Assembly: GCF_002105155.1 (NCBI RefSeq)
Contig: NW_019028988.1
Location: forward strand, 310,001-374,000
Length of the DNA: 64,000 nucleotides
Source of the DNA: Lobosporangium transversale
Lineage: Eukaryota
Direction of reading: 5' to 3'
Position 1 is the first letter of the stretch. Each line of letters opens with the position of its first letter. The position numbers were made by a program, and so were the translations under genes. This document shows, piece by piece, positions 14,609-26,521 of the stretch. The notes beneath the pieces are model-generated. The model searched no databases. It saw only the letters and a program-made list of their open reading frames with translations, and was not told the origin of the DNA.

Positions 14609-17600
14609 AAGGCTCAGGTATATTTGCCGTACCCAATAGCTCGAGGCGCTCCACCAGCACCATTTTGATATTCAAGACTCTTGTAGCAAGAGGAGAGGGT
14701 TTGTGAAAAATAGCGGTACAAATTCGCTCGTCTACCTAAGCGAAAGTTAGTTGGCCATGATAGCGCCTGATTGTGGTATGCTCTGAAAGCTCGAATCGCT
14801 GCGATTTGATCCCTAATTTTTGGTCGAAAAGGATTAATATAAGATCGTATTGATTTTAGTATCAGGTGTCTAGTATGGCATACTAGTACTGCGTACCAAA
14901 ATAACGAAAATTTAGTATGACATACTCGTACTGCGTACCAAAATAACAAAAACAATCCCGCTTCCACAGCTGCAAAGTATCCAAACTCACCATCCCTCTT
15001 CACAAAACCTGTCGTATAGACCATCTGGTCTCTATGATTCCTGAGAACGCGGATGTACGTATATAGAGTACTCAGGCACTCTGGGAGCATTGCAGGGATG
15101 GATCCCATGAATGCATATTAATATCAATTTCACCCTCGTCCCGAGCGCTCTTTTTTCTGATGAAGTGATACTAGACGCAGTATGAGTATGTTATACTAAA
15201 CTTTCGTTAATTTGGTACGCAGTACGAGTATACCATACTGGACACTTGATACTAAAGTCAATACGATCTTTTTATCTGTATGGATTCGATAACATACCTC
15301 TAGCAAAAAAGGGGACGGAAAGGTGTTTTGCATTTTTGTAGGCAGGGAGTAAAAAATGAAAATGGTAAATGGGGCTAGATGCGCTAAAAGAGTGGAGGCA
15401 AGTAAACGGTGAACATAGTGCATCGTGATGGTATAGTTTGATATATGGTCTCTGCTGATTTTTTTCTACTGATTATTTTCTACAGATTTTTTCCTTCCTT
15501 TGTATGTAATAGGCGGCTGATTTCTGCTAGTCCCGATACCTCATCCATTTTTTCTATAATCGATATACATCCAGCAATAGCCTATTTTACTATTTGCGAT
15601 AATCTAGCTGTCGAAGTCTTGTAAGTCCATTTTTTTACATTAGTTTTGTGCGGCAAACTTAATTTCTAATTTTAAACCAGGAGAGAAAAGTGGTTTTTTG
15701 TATTATTTGCAGCTTGTTGCTCTTTTTTGTTGGTCCTTCTCAATTATAAGATTTTTGTTAAGTAAACCATTTATATTTGAAGGAGAGCGACAAGCTCCCT
15801 CGTTTTTGGATAGGTCTGTTCGGACGTTTACTTGGTTCTGATCATTATAGCAAGTATAAATAGTTCGGTTAATACCGTCCTCAGTTAGTTTGTACAATTT
15901 GTTTATGTGTGAAGAATTCGACAACAGGTAGGTTTTGTGAACACTTTGCAATTGTGGAAAGGGATTTGTATGTTTGCTAGACATCTTTCCCGTGGCATGC
16001 ATCTAAAGAGTGACAAAAAAATCAGCCATGCACTGAAGTACTAAATTCTCCAACATTAGTACGCAGGAGTAGGCTCGTTCCCAGCCCCTTCACTTTAGGT
16101 GACTCAAAAAGGAAATGGAATTTCCTGTCACCTTTATAAAGTGAAGAGGGATGGGTACGAGCCTAACGCAGGGGACTAAGGAAAAATGCACCCCCCCGTC
16201 AGAATTCCGGTACACCCCCCGTAAAGATTTTCAAAATGTAAATCTTTACCCCCCCGTCAACCATCTTAATTGTGGGAATCCTTACCCCCCCGTCAACATT
16301 TTGAAGCTGTTTTTAAGAGAAGATTTTCTGTTCTTGGTTATACCTAGATCTAACTAGCTATTTAGTTCGACACCATTGATCCTCTCTTACTTTGTATCTT
16401 GCCATCAAAGCATGACAGTAGATCAGTGGATCAGTTCCTTGATGAATGATCTCTTCCTAGATTCGTATTCATCAGGTTCAGAACCCTCGGCAACTTAACA
16501 TACACCACATGCGTCCAACATAGTCTTAAAAGAAAAAGACAAAAAAACATTGCATTATTATTCAGCGTCAACGCTTGGCGATCCTAAACCATCTTTACAA
16601 TTAATAGAGGTTAAGATTAAAATACTGTACTAGTTGTGTGGAAATCATAGGATGTAATACTCTTTTTTTTTTTTTTTTTTTTTTTTGAAAATCAGCTCCA
16701 GAATGTTGACGGGGGGGGTAAGAATTGCGCGGTTGACGGGGGGATGAGAATTCCGGAAAGAGAAATGTTGAGGGGGTCAAGGGAATTCTCAACCGGGGGT
16801 CAAAATTTTATTCTGACGGGGGGGTGCATTTTTCCTTAATTCTAACGCAGGAGTACTAAAATCAATAAATTTTTCCAACTTTAGTACTCAACTCTAGTAC
16901 TAGTACTAGTATGTCATACTAGTCCTGAAATACTAAAATCTGTACACTCTTAATATAAGCATTAAAATGATCAAATAAATCCTCCCCATAGGCAATGCAA
17001 GCATATTAATCCAATTCAGTCTAGCCCAGTCCAGCCATTTTTCATCGAATTACCCTTGGCGCAATTTAAGCAAGCTGGCCCTGTAAAGCGCATGCTCTGT
17101 CCAAGAATTCAACTCTTCACTTTTTTCATTGGGATAGGATTGGACAAGTCCAGAGACGTGGTCATATGAAAAAATCGCCTCAGCAATCTTCCCCTCCTCT
17201 TCCAATACCATGCCTTTAATAGCCAATCCACACAGTATTAATACAAAGTTGTATCCGGTTGGTATATTAGCTGGGGGTAATTGAATGTTCTGAAGGTAAT
17301 GGGAGGCTTTTTGAGTACGATCAGGGGCATCGGTAGCCATAGCCGCTCTTGCAAGGACGATGGCCGCATACTATGATTAGTATAAATACGGAAGTTTAGC
17401 TTGCAAGTCCGGGTATGACTCATCTAAAAACCATGTTTCGCAGTGACGTCTGACTTGATCGAATGCTTATTTAGCAACGGAAGCAAGCACCAGATATTAC
17501 CTCCAGCTGCTCTTCAGGACCTTTTATCAAAGCCCGCTTAAGTTTCTCTACAGCTTCCCGGATCGTATCAGATTTAATACGTGGGCTCACAGCAATCCTC

Positions 17601-18222
17601 TCTGGGGTATCATCCAGTGAAGCTGCATATGTCCAGTGCCGAGCCGTTCGAGCCGTAATTAAGGCTTCGCCAACTGCCATCTCTAGCAAGGCCGAATTTG
17701 CCAGTACTATTTTTGATGGGTTATAAAAATACAATTGCCAAGTTTACATTAGATTATGAAACACTGCTCTTAGGCTCCTGCTATTTTCAAGTCGGATAAT
17801 ATTGCACTTGATTGTCACATTGAACAAAAACAACTTGCATAGGGGTTATGCCACATGGCTGATCCTGAGCACTATAATGATCCACTTGATGGTTCAGTGT
17901 GGTGTCATGGGTTTGCTGCAGATATTCCCCTGCCTTTCTTATCCGCTGTTGAAGACATAGTTTAATTGCCCAGGGGGATGGGATAGTGTTGAATGTTCAG
18001 TAATATCCAATATATCCAGTATATGATCAAGAATGGTAAAATGCATGGAGCAAGTCAATTGTTTCATGCGTTCATTGCATTCCTGTTGATTCATTTACCA
18101 GCGCCGTCTTTGTTGTGCTTGACATAACGACGTGCAAATTCCGGATAAGCAGCATAGTTTGCTTTGGCCCTGGCATTCTGAAAATCGCGCTCGATAACCT
18201 GCGCTTTTGTAGATAGAGTCAT
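12256..18222 (-). CDS. YPP1: TPR protein YPP1/TTC7 (PI4-kinase adaptor), multi-exon; in-frame TGA at 12301-12303 near the end
   Basis: ATG at 18222 (MTLSTKAQVIERDFQNAR). TPR motifs YLLALQLAEMRDI, SWHLLALLLSSQKDYERALNIC, LWLLSASIFRRLG and EAWLYLG...AKECLWYALDLE are typical of TTC7/Ypp1. The span includes 14 codons after the internal TGA. Confidence 0.85.
14843..15268. mobile_element. MITE-like unit with 94-bp inverted repeats
   Basis: 14843-14936 vs reverse complement of 15175-15268 is 85/94 identical, ungapped. The arm contains a 42-bp-period internal tandem (TAGTATG.CATACT.GTACTGCGTACCAAAATAAC at 14871 and 14913). Confidence 0.85.
16070..16165. mobile_element. 96-bp palindromic mini-transposon (TAG...CTA termini, 9-bp TSD; possibly AcademH-like)
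   Basis: TAGGCTCGTTCCCAGCCCCTTCACTTTA...TAAAGTGAAGAGGGATGGGTACGAGCCTA. ACGCAGGAG at 16061-16069 recurs right after the element once the 16173-16842 insert is removed. Confidence 0.75.
16173..16842. mobile_element. 670-bp non-autonomous TIR element (MULE-like) with CCCCCCGTCA subterminal repeats
   Basis: TSD TAACGCAGG at 16164-16172 and 16843-16851. TIR GGACTAAGGAAAAATGCACCCCCCCGTCAGAAT vs GAATTAAGGAAAAATGCACCCCCCCGTCAGAAT (reverse complement of right end). About 4 C6-7GTCA-type motifs on the left and about 4 inverted copies on the right. Confidence 0.88.
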
Positions 18223-18724
18223 ATGGATAACAGGATCTTTGAAATCGAGGTTTCAGTGGTTTTAAATTTGGTGACGAAGATAACAAAAACTGGCAAAAAG
18301 AGTGTGTATGGGAGGAGATAGGAGAGCATAAATAAAAAGCAAGAAGAGGGCAAAGACAAAGGAGAAAACTATTAAAGAGTAGGAACAGGAGAAGAGGAGA
18401 ATGAAGATTCAATGTTAAAAAAAGCGTTGATGAGGATGTCGTTGAACCAAAAAGTTAAATAAGGTTTTTTCAGCCCAAGCCCAAGCAAATGAGGCTGCTC
18501 TCACTAAAACGGTCAATAAATTTTAATGAACAACAAACCTGAAAAATATTGTAACGCTACTTTCTGTTTCCGAGGATTTACTATTCTACATCGAATATTG
18601 TGTCTAAGAATGTCATTGTAGAAGGAGGATGGACCAACCACATGACCTGCCTCGCCAGTTGTGCTGACAATGAGTGATGGGGCATAGTACATTATAAACG
18701 TATGGCTTTACTCTAGGCCAGACA

Positions 18725-19435
18725 TTGACACTTTCACATGTGCTTATGGGGATAACCATGAACAGTGCTAAGGAGGATTTAAACAGGTTTGCCAATATGA
18801 TGAATAGAGAATTATGGAAGGCGGGCCTTACGATGGTTGTGATCATAGGTTTAAATCGGACTCTGGATATGTTCTTATTGTCTACTTTAACGGGTGAACC
18901 AAAAATTCCAACAGGTCTTCTCACGAAGGGACCTCTTCTTTGGTGCGCACCAACCTTCCTCTCGATGGTTTCTTTTTCCAAGCTTCAATGTTCAGTCATC
19001 GATCAGGCACTATTTGCAGGGAAGCTGATAATATCTTTACACCTTGTAAAGATCACAATACCCTCTTTGACAGAGAATTATTCTTCAAAGGCGAGCATCT
19101 ATGGTCAAAAAGTGGTATACGTCTCTTACACAAGGGATGGTAGTCTCCACCTGATGTATTACGCTTTAATTCACAAATGTGATAATGTCAGAACCATGGC
19201 GCCCAACTTGGCGATCAAGATTTTGATGGTTATCTCTCTAATATTTGTGCGATCCATCTGCTCTACTCTACTCTTTCAAAAATACCAGCGCATTTGGGAG
19301 GCGCGGGAGGCTTTCAAAGGAATGGAGGAAATGCTCATACTGTCCAATAAGGGCATACCTTTAAAAGCAAAAGAGAAAGATATTTACGCGCTTCATTCCA
19401 TCATGGCGTTTTTAGCTACAAGCCAACAGCCCTAG
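18725..19435 (+). CDS. Hypothetical, possibly membrane protein; start uncertain
   Basis: 236-codon open frame with several hydrophobic stretches, divergent from YPP1. No recognisable motif. Confidence 0.3.
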   Translation: MTLSHVLMGITMNSAKEDLNRFANMMNRELWKAGLTMVVIIGLNRTLDMFLLSTLTGEPKIPTGLLTKGPLLWCAPTFLSMVSFSKLQCSVIDQALFAGKLIISLHLVKITIPSLTENYSSKASIYGQKVVYVSYTRDGSLHLMYYALIHKCDNVRTMAPNLAIKILMVISLIFVRSICSTLLFQKYQRIWEAREAFKGMEEMLILSNKGIPLKAKEKDIYALHSIMAFLATSQQP

Positions 19436-19815
19436 CTATCTAGGTTTACTTGGTATTTTTTACCTTTTCGTTAGTAAGTGTCCCAACTCTCCACATTAAG
19501 AGACAATGGCTCGCTGTTTTTAAGTTTATTTGGGAAAGTCATATTCTTTTACAAGCGCACTAGGTATTGAATGATGGGTGAGATTTATATAGGCAGATTA
19601 CACATTATTCGGAATAATTGGATATATTGAATACAGTGTAGATGATGAAGTTAATGCTAAAGCATTGGTCTAAAGGCACATTGCTTTATCCTATCTATTA
19701 AAATAGGTTAGCAAAACTATCGCTGTGGTATCGACTTGAGATGGATTCACTTGACGAGTGAAAGCAGGGAGTGTCTATCTTTGATTGTTGAGTAATGCCG
19801 ATACACCTGCTACTG

Positions 19816-22553
19816 CTATTGCAGCGGCCGTATGAGTGTCTCGAGGCTTAACAGTATACCCGTACTGGGAAGATGGACAATCTGAGTTGTTACATTCAGC
19901 CGCACCATGGAGATTGACTGTCTTGATCTTTCCTTATATGGTTCGTCGAGCCCTGGCTTGTCGCTACTGGCAAAAGCAGAAGACACAGGTCTTCGATGAT
20001 CGATACTCATCCATCATTCCAATTGCACAGTATCGCATATGCTCTCCTCTCTCTTTTACCCTCTCCTTTGTTAATGTCCCCTATACAGCTCCCGACACTT
20101 GTATCGGCTTCCCGATCAGAAGCACGGACTGAACTCTTGGTCGAGACTTTGGACACTGGCTCACGTGCATGAACCTTGCTGCCTCAGGTCCGTTTGCAAA
20201 ATGATGGCGGTTGCACCGAGTGCACCAGCGACAAGTGATACCATTGGCTGTGCTACGGGCGCTGCGGCCGTCGTGACTGTCGCTAGCATGGCGCTACTAG
20301 GTGGCGCAGATGTACCCGCTTGTGCAGCACTTGCGGATGGCAAGTGCCCCAGTCAACACCTGCGTCTGATGGGCCTTGAGAGCATGTCCCTGGATGTATA
20401 GTCATTCGGTCGTACACAGTTTTGACCATGCTCGCTCTATTCGGAGTTATTGGTTACGACTTTGCTTAAGCATGGAGACGGACATCTCAAACGACTGTAA
20501 TGCCTCTCGAGCACTATTGCGCGCAGCGCGGGCCCTGCCAATGTCATTGATCATTTGTGCTGTTGTTAGCGAGATATCCCTACTGAGAATCACCTGCATG
20601 GCGTTCCAGACTTGGAGGTCCGCTCTTATTCTTCTCTCTCATTGTATTGAAAGCTTCCGTGTGTGAGAGGCATTGCTCACCTGGGTTGCTGTCATTGCAT
20701 CTCTTTGACTTTTTGAGAACGAGAGAGTAGCAAAGCCGTTGGCTGGCCTAGACCTGTAGATAGACCTACATTGAAGCAATTATATCCAGTTTAGTATCCC
20801 ATGATACAAGTCCATCCTCAAAGCATTCAATGGAAGCATTAGCACAAAGGTAACTACCAGAGGGTACATGGTGCCGATTAATCTGAGTTCTAATCTCGTC
20901 AAGCGCCTGTGGCACAGCTTCACTCATTGTCCGAATACCGTAATCCGTGCTGGAAAATGCAACCACATTTCCTTGCTCACCGGCGCCTGGAAGGAGGTTG
21001 GGGACATCGAGTTGGAGGGCCTTATCTTCTGCGCAAGGCCGATCCCAGGTTGGAATGTATGCTCAGGCCGGGTAGTAACGCTGTGTCGTCTTGTACTTGG
21101 CGCCTGGACCGAAGCAGTAACAGCACGCTCAACCTTGTTCTAACAGTAGGACAACCTTCACTGTTCCTATAGTCTCTTCTCTTGCGGGATGAGTAACCTG
21201 CGCCTGGCTTGAAGGTCCTGTACGGCCGTTCGAAATCCTTGAAGTGTACCAGCTTCATTCTTCTTGAGCTTGACCCTGGCCTGTGCTCTCTTCCGCTGTA
21301 TATCTCGAACAACTCTTCGTAAGGATTTGATTTCGGGCTCCAAGGCCTTGAGAGTGCTGCTATGATCAGTAGCGAGCTGCTACGCCTCGGCCGTTGTTTT
21401 ACCACACATCTGGAACTCTACTAGCCACCTTGCCGCATCGAGTCTGTTTCCCTGTTTTGTTTCCGCTCTTCATATCTGCTCCTAACAGGGAGGCCTCTCC
21501 GGGTGACGCCATAGGGGATTACTTTCCCACTGTCTCTGAACACGACTGCGCGAACATCGTTTTCGTGCACACGGCCTTGGGTGCTTGGAGACTCGAGCAG
21601 GACCTTCAGCACTGCTTGTAACGAGCGCAAGCGAGCCTGGGATGCCCTTTCTGGACATTGTTTCCCTGGCTGGCCCCTCCTTGCCCTTCTTTCCCATCCC
21701 CTCCTTTATAATATTCATCCTCAATGGCACCAATGTCGTAAATATCAATTTCAGCTCCTACACCATCCTCAACTCTCAGTTCAGAGGCCAGTCCTTCGAG
21801 AGGGGCCTGCTGATCTCCTTCAGCAAATTCTTCGGAAGCCCTTAAATGACGACCTGGTTTTGCTCCTCAATCGGTGGAATTAGCACAGGTATCTGCTGCA
21901 CTTGTGTCTGAAGTGACGACAGCTCTGTGGTGGTGAAGCTCATTCTTGGCCTTTTCGAACTGTTGCTTAACGAAAGCATCTTTGGTTTTCTCATGTTGGA
22001 AATTATGGCCCTTTACGGTCGCCAATAAAAGCATCTATCATTGTCTCGAAGCTAATGAGTATTCAGCCAGTAAATAATACATATACTGATGGATTAATGC
22101 ACGACTTGGTTTTCCAAATGGTTACTTGTAATCTGTACCTCATAATGTACTCATTAGACGTTTAACAGACTATTCACATGTCTTTTTTTCCTCCTCATCA
22201 TCCTCGTCACACCTTTGTTTTGACCTTTTTTGTTGAGCCGCTACTCTTTTACCAATGTGGAACTCCGCTGCCTTAGGATGGTCACCACTAGGATGCTGAG
22301 GCGCCGGTGGGGGCTGAACAGTAACACAGGGTGCGTTAGGTTCGCGGGATGAGGACCAGATATCGGTACGTTTGAAAATATGATTCAATATAATGGAAGA
22401 AAGTGATTGCTTGGGTAGGACGCTACACTTTACACTGCCTTGCTTTCCCACGTGAAGGGCGCTATTAAAAGTGCTGGTTCTAATATTAGCTGGCTTTGCT
22501 GACTTTGGGACTGTTGGGCCTGATCTCGGACTTGTATGGCCTGTTGGAGCCAT
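19816..22553 (-). mobile_element. Heavily decayed coding element, possibly Crypton-like (tyrosine recombinase with GCR1_C-like tail)
   Basis: GC-richer stretch of protein-like frames broken by many stops and frameshifts. Pieces WLHFPAR / DYGIRTMSEA...DEIRTQ...SGSYL resemble the H-x-x-R...Y catalytic half, and SVQSLDQEF...RELYRGH resembles GCR1_C. Pattern recognition only. Confidence 0.42.
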
Positions 22554-23480
22554 TAGGCATCAGTTTGAAATAATGGCACACTCATGGTGATACGTATGTT
22601 GGAGCAGGCGACGAAAAGGCTATGTGCATGATGCAGGTGCTGTGGATGATGTAGACGGTGAGAGAGAATGTGAGTGAGTGATAAGAACTCAGTATGAGAG
22701 AAAAAGATTTAAATATGGTGTATGTATCAGTTTACAATATCAATGTGTAATATCAACACATCAATACAATCCGCGCGTCTTGGTAACAGTCGTGATCACA
22801 ACTTGGTTTCGGAGAGCTCGCATGAGCTGAACATAACGATAACCATAGTACCAAGATCCTATCTTTCATGCGTAGGTTGTGCATCATTGCTGTTTCAGAC
22901 TTGGCACCAAGCACGCGGGATATTTTTTTCCTGGCATGGGGCTATTCGTGTTGAACGGCCAGACAGAAAGCTTAATAGACGTACAAGCGCCCCAACAATG
23001 AAAAAATGTATGTGAACGAACAAGAGGACACTGTTCAAACAATTGATGTGCTTCTTTGTTGTTCCATCAATGACAATATACATGGTATGATGTTTTGTCG
23101 ACCTTATTCATGAATGTCCGCGATCACATCTTCAGTCATAACGCCCTGAACCCCACCTTACGACGCCTTAGTTGCTGCCCAGACAGGTCCCTTACCTTGC
23201 ACTTCTCTGACATGCCTGCCGTCCATAGACGTAAGCTAACATTTATCAACTAGTAGTCAGGACAGACCCTAATATGATCTTATCTACATGGACCTTTGAC
23301 CTTAAAAGCATTACAATGTTCATGACATGGTGGCATAGTTTTATACATTCCTTCTCAAAATAGGTTCGCAGTATTACATGGAGTATATGGGCGGTTTAAT
23401 GGGAGGGGAAAAAATATTTAAAAGCAGTACGAAAATGAGTAAGATATCTGTGTCCAAAATAGGGGGAAGAAAAAGAGAAC

Positions 23481-26400
23481 TTAGCTTGCCACAGGCTCCC
23501 ATGCTGCCAGCTCTTGCTCCACGCGAATCAAAAAGGGATCGTTGATTAGAGCGCCCAAACCAATAAATAGCCGACTGTTACTGGACGCACTACTAGTATT
23601 ACTCAGACTCCTCTCCAGAACATGACCATGTTCTTGACTGACGTCACTGCACATGGTTGCATCAAGTGAGTCTTGTCCTGACGGTTCAATTCCCTCCATG
23701 GAGGGGTCTTTCTCAGATTCATCCTTTATTTCCCCTCCTTTTCTTCCCAATCCTTCCTCAATCACGTCTGAAATGGTAGAAACCGTGGCAATCTGCTCTA
23801 CCGGCTGGGTTGTCGAGGCCATTTCTACGGAGGTATTAGGCTCAGGAATAATGGTAGCTTGCTCCCCAGCTGCCGCCTCAGAAGTATCCTTCTTGCTTTC
23901 CGCGCTGTTTTCGCTCGTCTCATTAGCCACTTCATCTTTGAACTTGTCTCCCTCAATGCCTTCGATGTTATCCACAATATCCACAGCATCTCTACTCTCC
24001 GAGCCATCTAAGCTTTCTTTGCCCTTCAGGAGGTTGTTTCTCAACCAAGGCATCCGCCTTCCAAGCGAGACAAGCATCTTCTGAAGTTTGGTCTCCGATT
24101 CGTCTTGGCGCCACTGTTCTTTGAAGTTTGTTCGCTCAGGTGAGTCTCTGTATTCATCAAAAAGTTTTATCTAAGGAGTTTATGCATTTACTGTGAGTTA
24201 TTAACCAGGGTAATAGAGAACACTAGTTGTAGACACCAACTGCATACCCATAGATCTGCTTCTTCCGCAGGTAACTCTGTGTCCTCAATTAGATCATAAA
24301 GCAGCCGCTTTGGATGGCCACGTTCTTGAGCAGACTGACTGATGTAGAACCAATTGATGACCGAAGATAACCCAGGCAGTCGTTCATCATACGGGCCTAC
24401 ATGGCAAAGGAGTATAGCGTCAGAGCATCAGTTGATTAAGGGATTGATGTCTCGATTTTTCCCCCTTAACTTACCAACAATAGCTCCTACAAATGGTTCC
24501 TCGTTCATTGATTCATCTTTAAACAGGCTTTGATAACTCGTCTGGTTCTCAATATCGACCAAGGATGGATCTGGGGTGAATGTTGGATGCGAGTGGTACC
24601 AACCAACAATCCTCATATTTCGTTTTTCGATCTCTTGACGAACCTCAAACTCAGAAGTAGGGTCCATCTCCACGTTGACATGGTTTTGTCCTGTTTGGAG
24701 GGATCGGCAGGGGAAGATGGCTTTGATGTGGATAGTTCTAGTCTCTCGATCCCAGTCACCTGCAAGGAACCCAATGATCTCAGTGGTCATGAGGTGGGCA
24801 TGGAAATCCATGCCCAAAAGGACATTGGACTGGACCTTAATAGCAAATGGTTGGCACCCTTGCACGCCAGAGTTGGGCTGCCCACAAAAGGGCTCACACT
24901 TGACCATGGTGAGAGGATCAAGATCGCTAGCCATTTGACGAAAGTTGATAGAGGGACGCTCCTTCGTACTGCGGAGTCTGGCCTTCGAGTAATCTGTGCG
25001 CCCTGTGTAGACCGGCTCGGTTGGAGGGCTATCAGCCCGTTCCTTGATAGGCTTTGTATGCTTTCGACTGGTACGCCAAAGAAGCAAGTTCCGTATTATC
25101 AGTCCACTGCGCGTATTAAAAACTAAAAAAAAATAAAATAAAAAAAAGAGGAATCCATGATAATACTTACATTTTCAATTCTTTAAGTTCTTTTACAGCT
25201 TCCTTCATGCTATCTTTGTCCTTCTCTTTTTCCTTCTCCTTCTCCTTCTCCTTCTCCTTTCCCTTCTCCTTCTCCTTTCTTTCCTTCTCCTTCTGCCTCT
25301 CTTGAGCTATTTCGGCCGCTTTTTTTTCCTTGGCTATGGCTTTTTCCGCTTTCGCAGTAGCCCCCGATTGCGGAGTGAAAATAGTACCACCTTGTGCAGG
25401 AAGCAGAGAAGGATCATCGAGTAGCCGTTGAGACAAGTAAGGACGAGCAGCTGATGAATATGGATCAAGGTCATTTCCAGAAAGAGTATATCCAGGTCCT
25501 GACTCCAGCACCTTGGCTGGCAGGGGTATGTTGTCCCTGAATAACTTGATAAAGTGCTTCTGAGCATGACTTCTGATAGAATTGGCATCGCGTGTTGCTA
25601 CATGCTCCTCTACCTATATTTTGTGATAATGTTAATAATAATAAAAAAAGCGGAGAGAACTGTCAGGTTTTATATTCTTTGGTGAAGCTCCTGGGAACTG
25701 AATTTTTGATATAACCAAGGTGAGAACGGCGTTCTATGGACTTACAGCGCGCCAATTACGTCCAAAGATCTCGAGAGCTTCCACGAATGCCCTTTCTTCT
25801 TTTTCTGTGTACATTCCGGTGTTCAATCCTGGAGCTGCCTCTTTAGTCTTTTTCACAACTTTGGACATTATTGGGGATGGAGATGAGGCAGGGGCTACTG
25901 GTGTGGCGGTGGACTCATCTTTGGTTGGTGATGATTCCGTGACTCGGTCACTAGCTACACTATTAATTTTAGAAGACTCCACCGCTGTAGTGATAGCAAT
26001 CGTTGCTGTCTCAGGGGTAACTGTACTGATGGTTGTCTCTGCTACTTTAGAGGCGTTTATTTTAAGCACTGGCTTTGGAGGTGGCGGTGGAGGCGGCTGT
26101 TTGGCCTTTTTTTTTGCTATTGTTATCATTAAAAATAAAAATAAAAAAGTTAACTCTTATTTCACCTGAAGTATTCGACGCGTGTATGGCGAGCGCGAGG
26201 ACTTTGAGACATACTGCGTTTGCTCTTGGACTTTGGCCTGTAGTTGTAGTCGTTTCGATAATCATCATCGTCATCAGAATAGTCCCCATCCTCAAAAAAG
26301 CCATAGTTGGTGTCGTTATTGTATTCTGCATAGTATCCATGATCACCACTACCCTCTTGTGCCAACAGCTGAGCAATCAGAGCAGAGCTCATTTCCTCTT

Positions 26401-26521
26401 CTTCTTCCTTGCTCAAGATTCTGTCACCACCACTAGAATCAGTTGAGGGCGAGTCATTGAGTTTCTGCTTTTTGTTGGGCTTGGATCCCGCCGCCGTTGA
26501 TGCTGTTTTCTTGGGTGGCAT
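23481..26521 (-). CDS. MYSM1-like SANT/Myb + MPN+/JAMM deubiquitinase, about 6 exons
   Basis: SANT YTEKEERAFVEALEIFGRNWRAV|EEHVATRDANSIRSHAQKHF; MPN MDFHAHLMTTEIIGFLAG and JAMM IVGWYHSHPTFTPDPSLVD. No SWIRM domain recognised. Confidence 0.88.

Larger units (their letters stand above)
14843..16949. mobile_element. Composite non-autonomous Mutator-like (MULE-like) DNA transposon in YPP1 intron
   Basis: 9-bp direct repeat TTAATATAA at 14834-14842 and 16950-16958. Termini are GA...TC. The left end matches the reverse complement of the right end at 37/48 ungapped positions. No intact transposase. Confidence 0.8.

Noticed and set aside
14871..14947. Direct repeats resembling a mini-CRISPR
   Set aside because: Two copies with a 7-nt gap, part of a transposon TIR, eukaryotic context, no cas genes.
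15131..15325. CACCCTCGTCCCGAGC, a second Academ-like terminus
   Set aside because: No convincing inverted partner or TSD.
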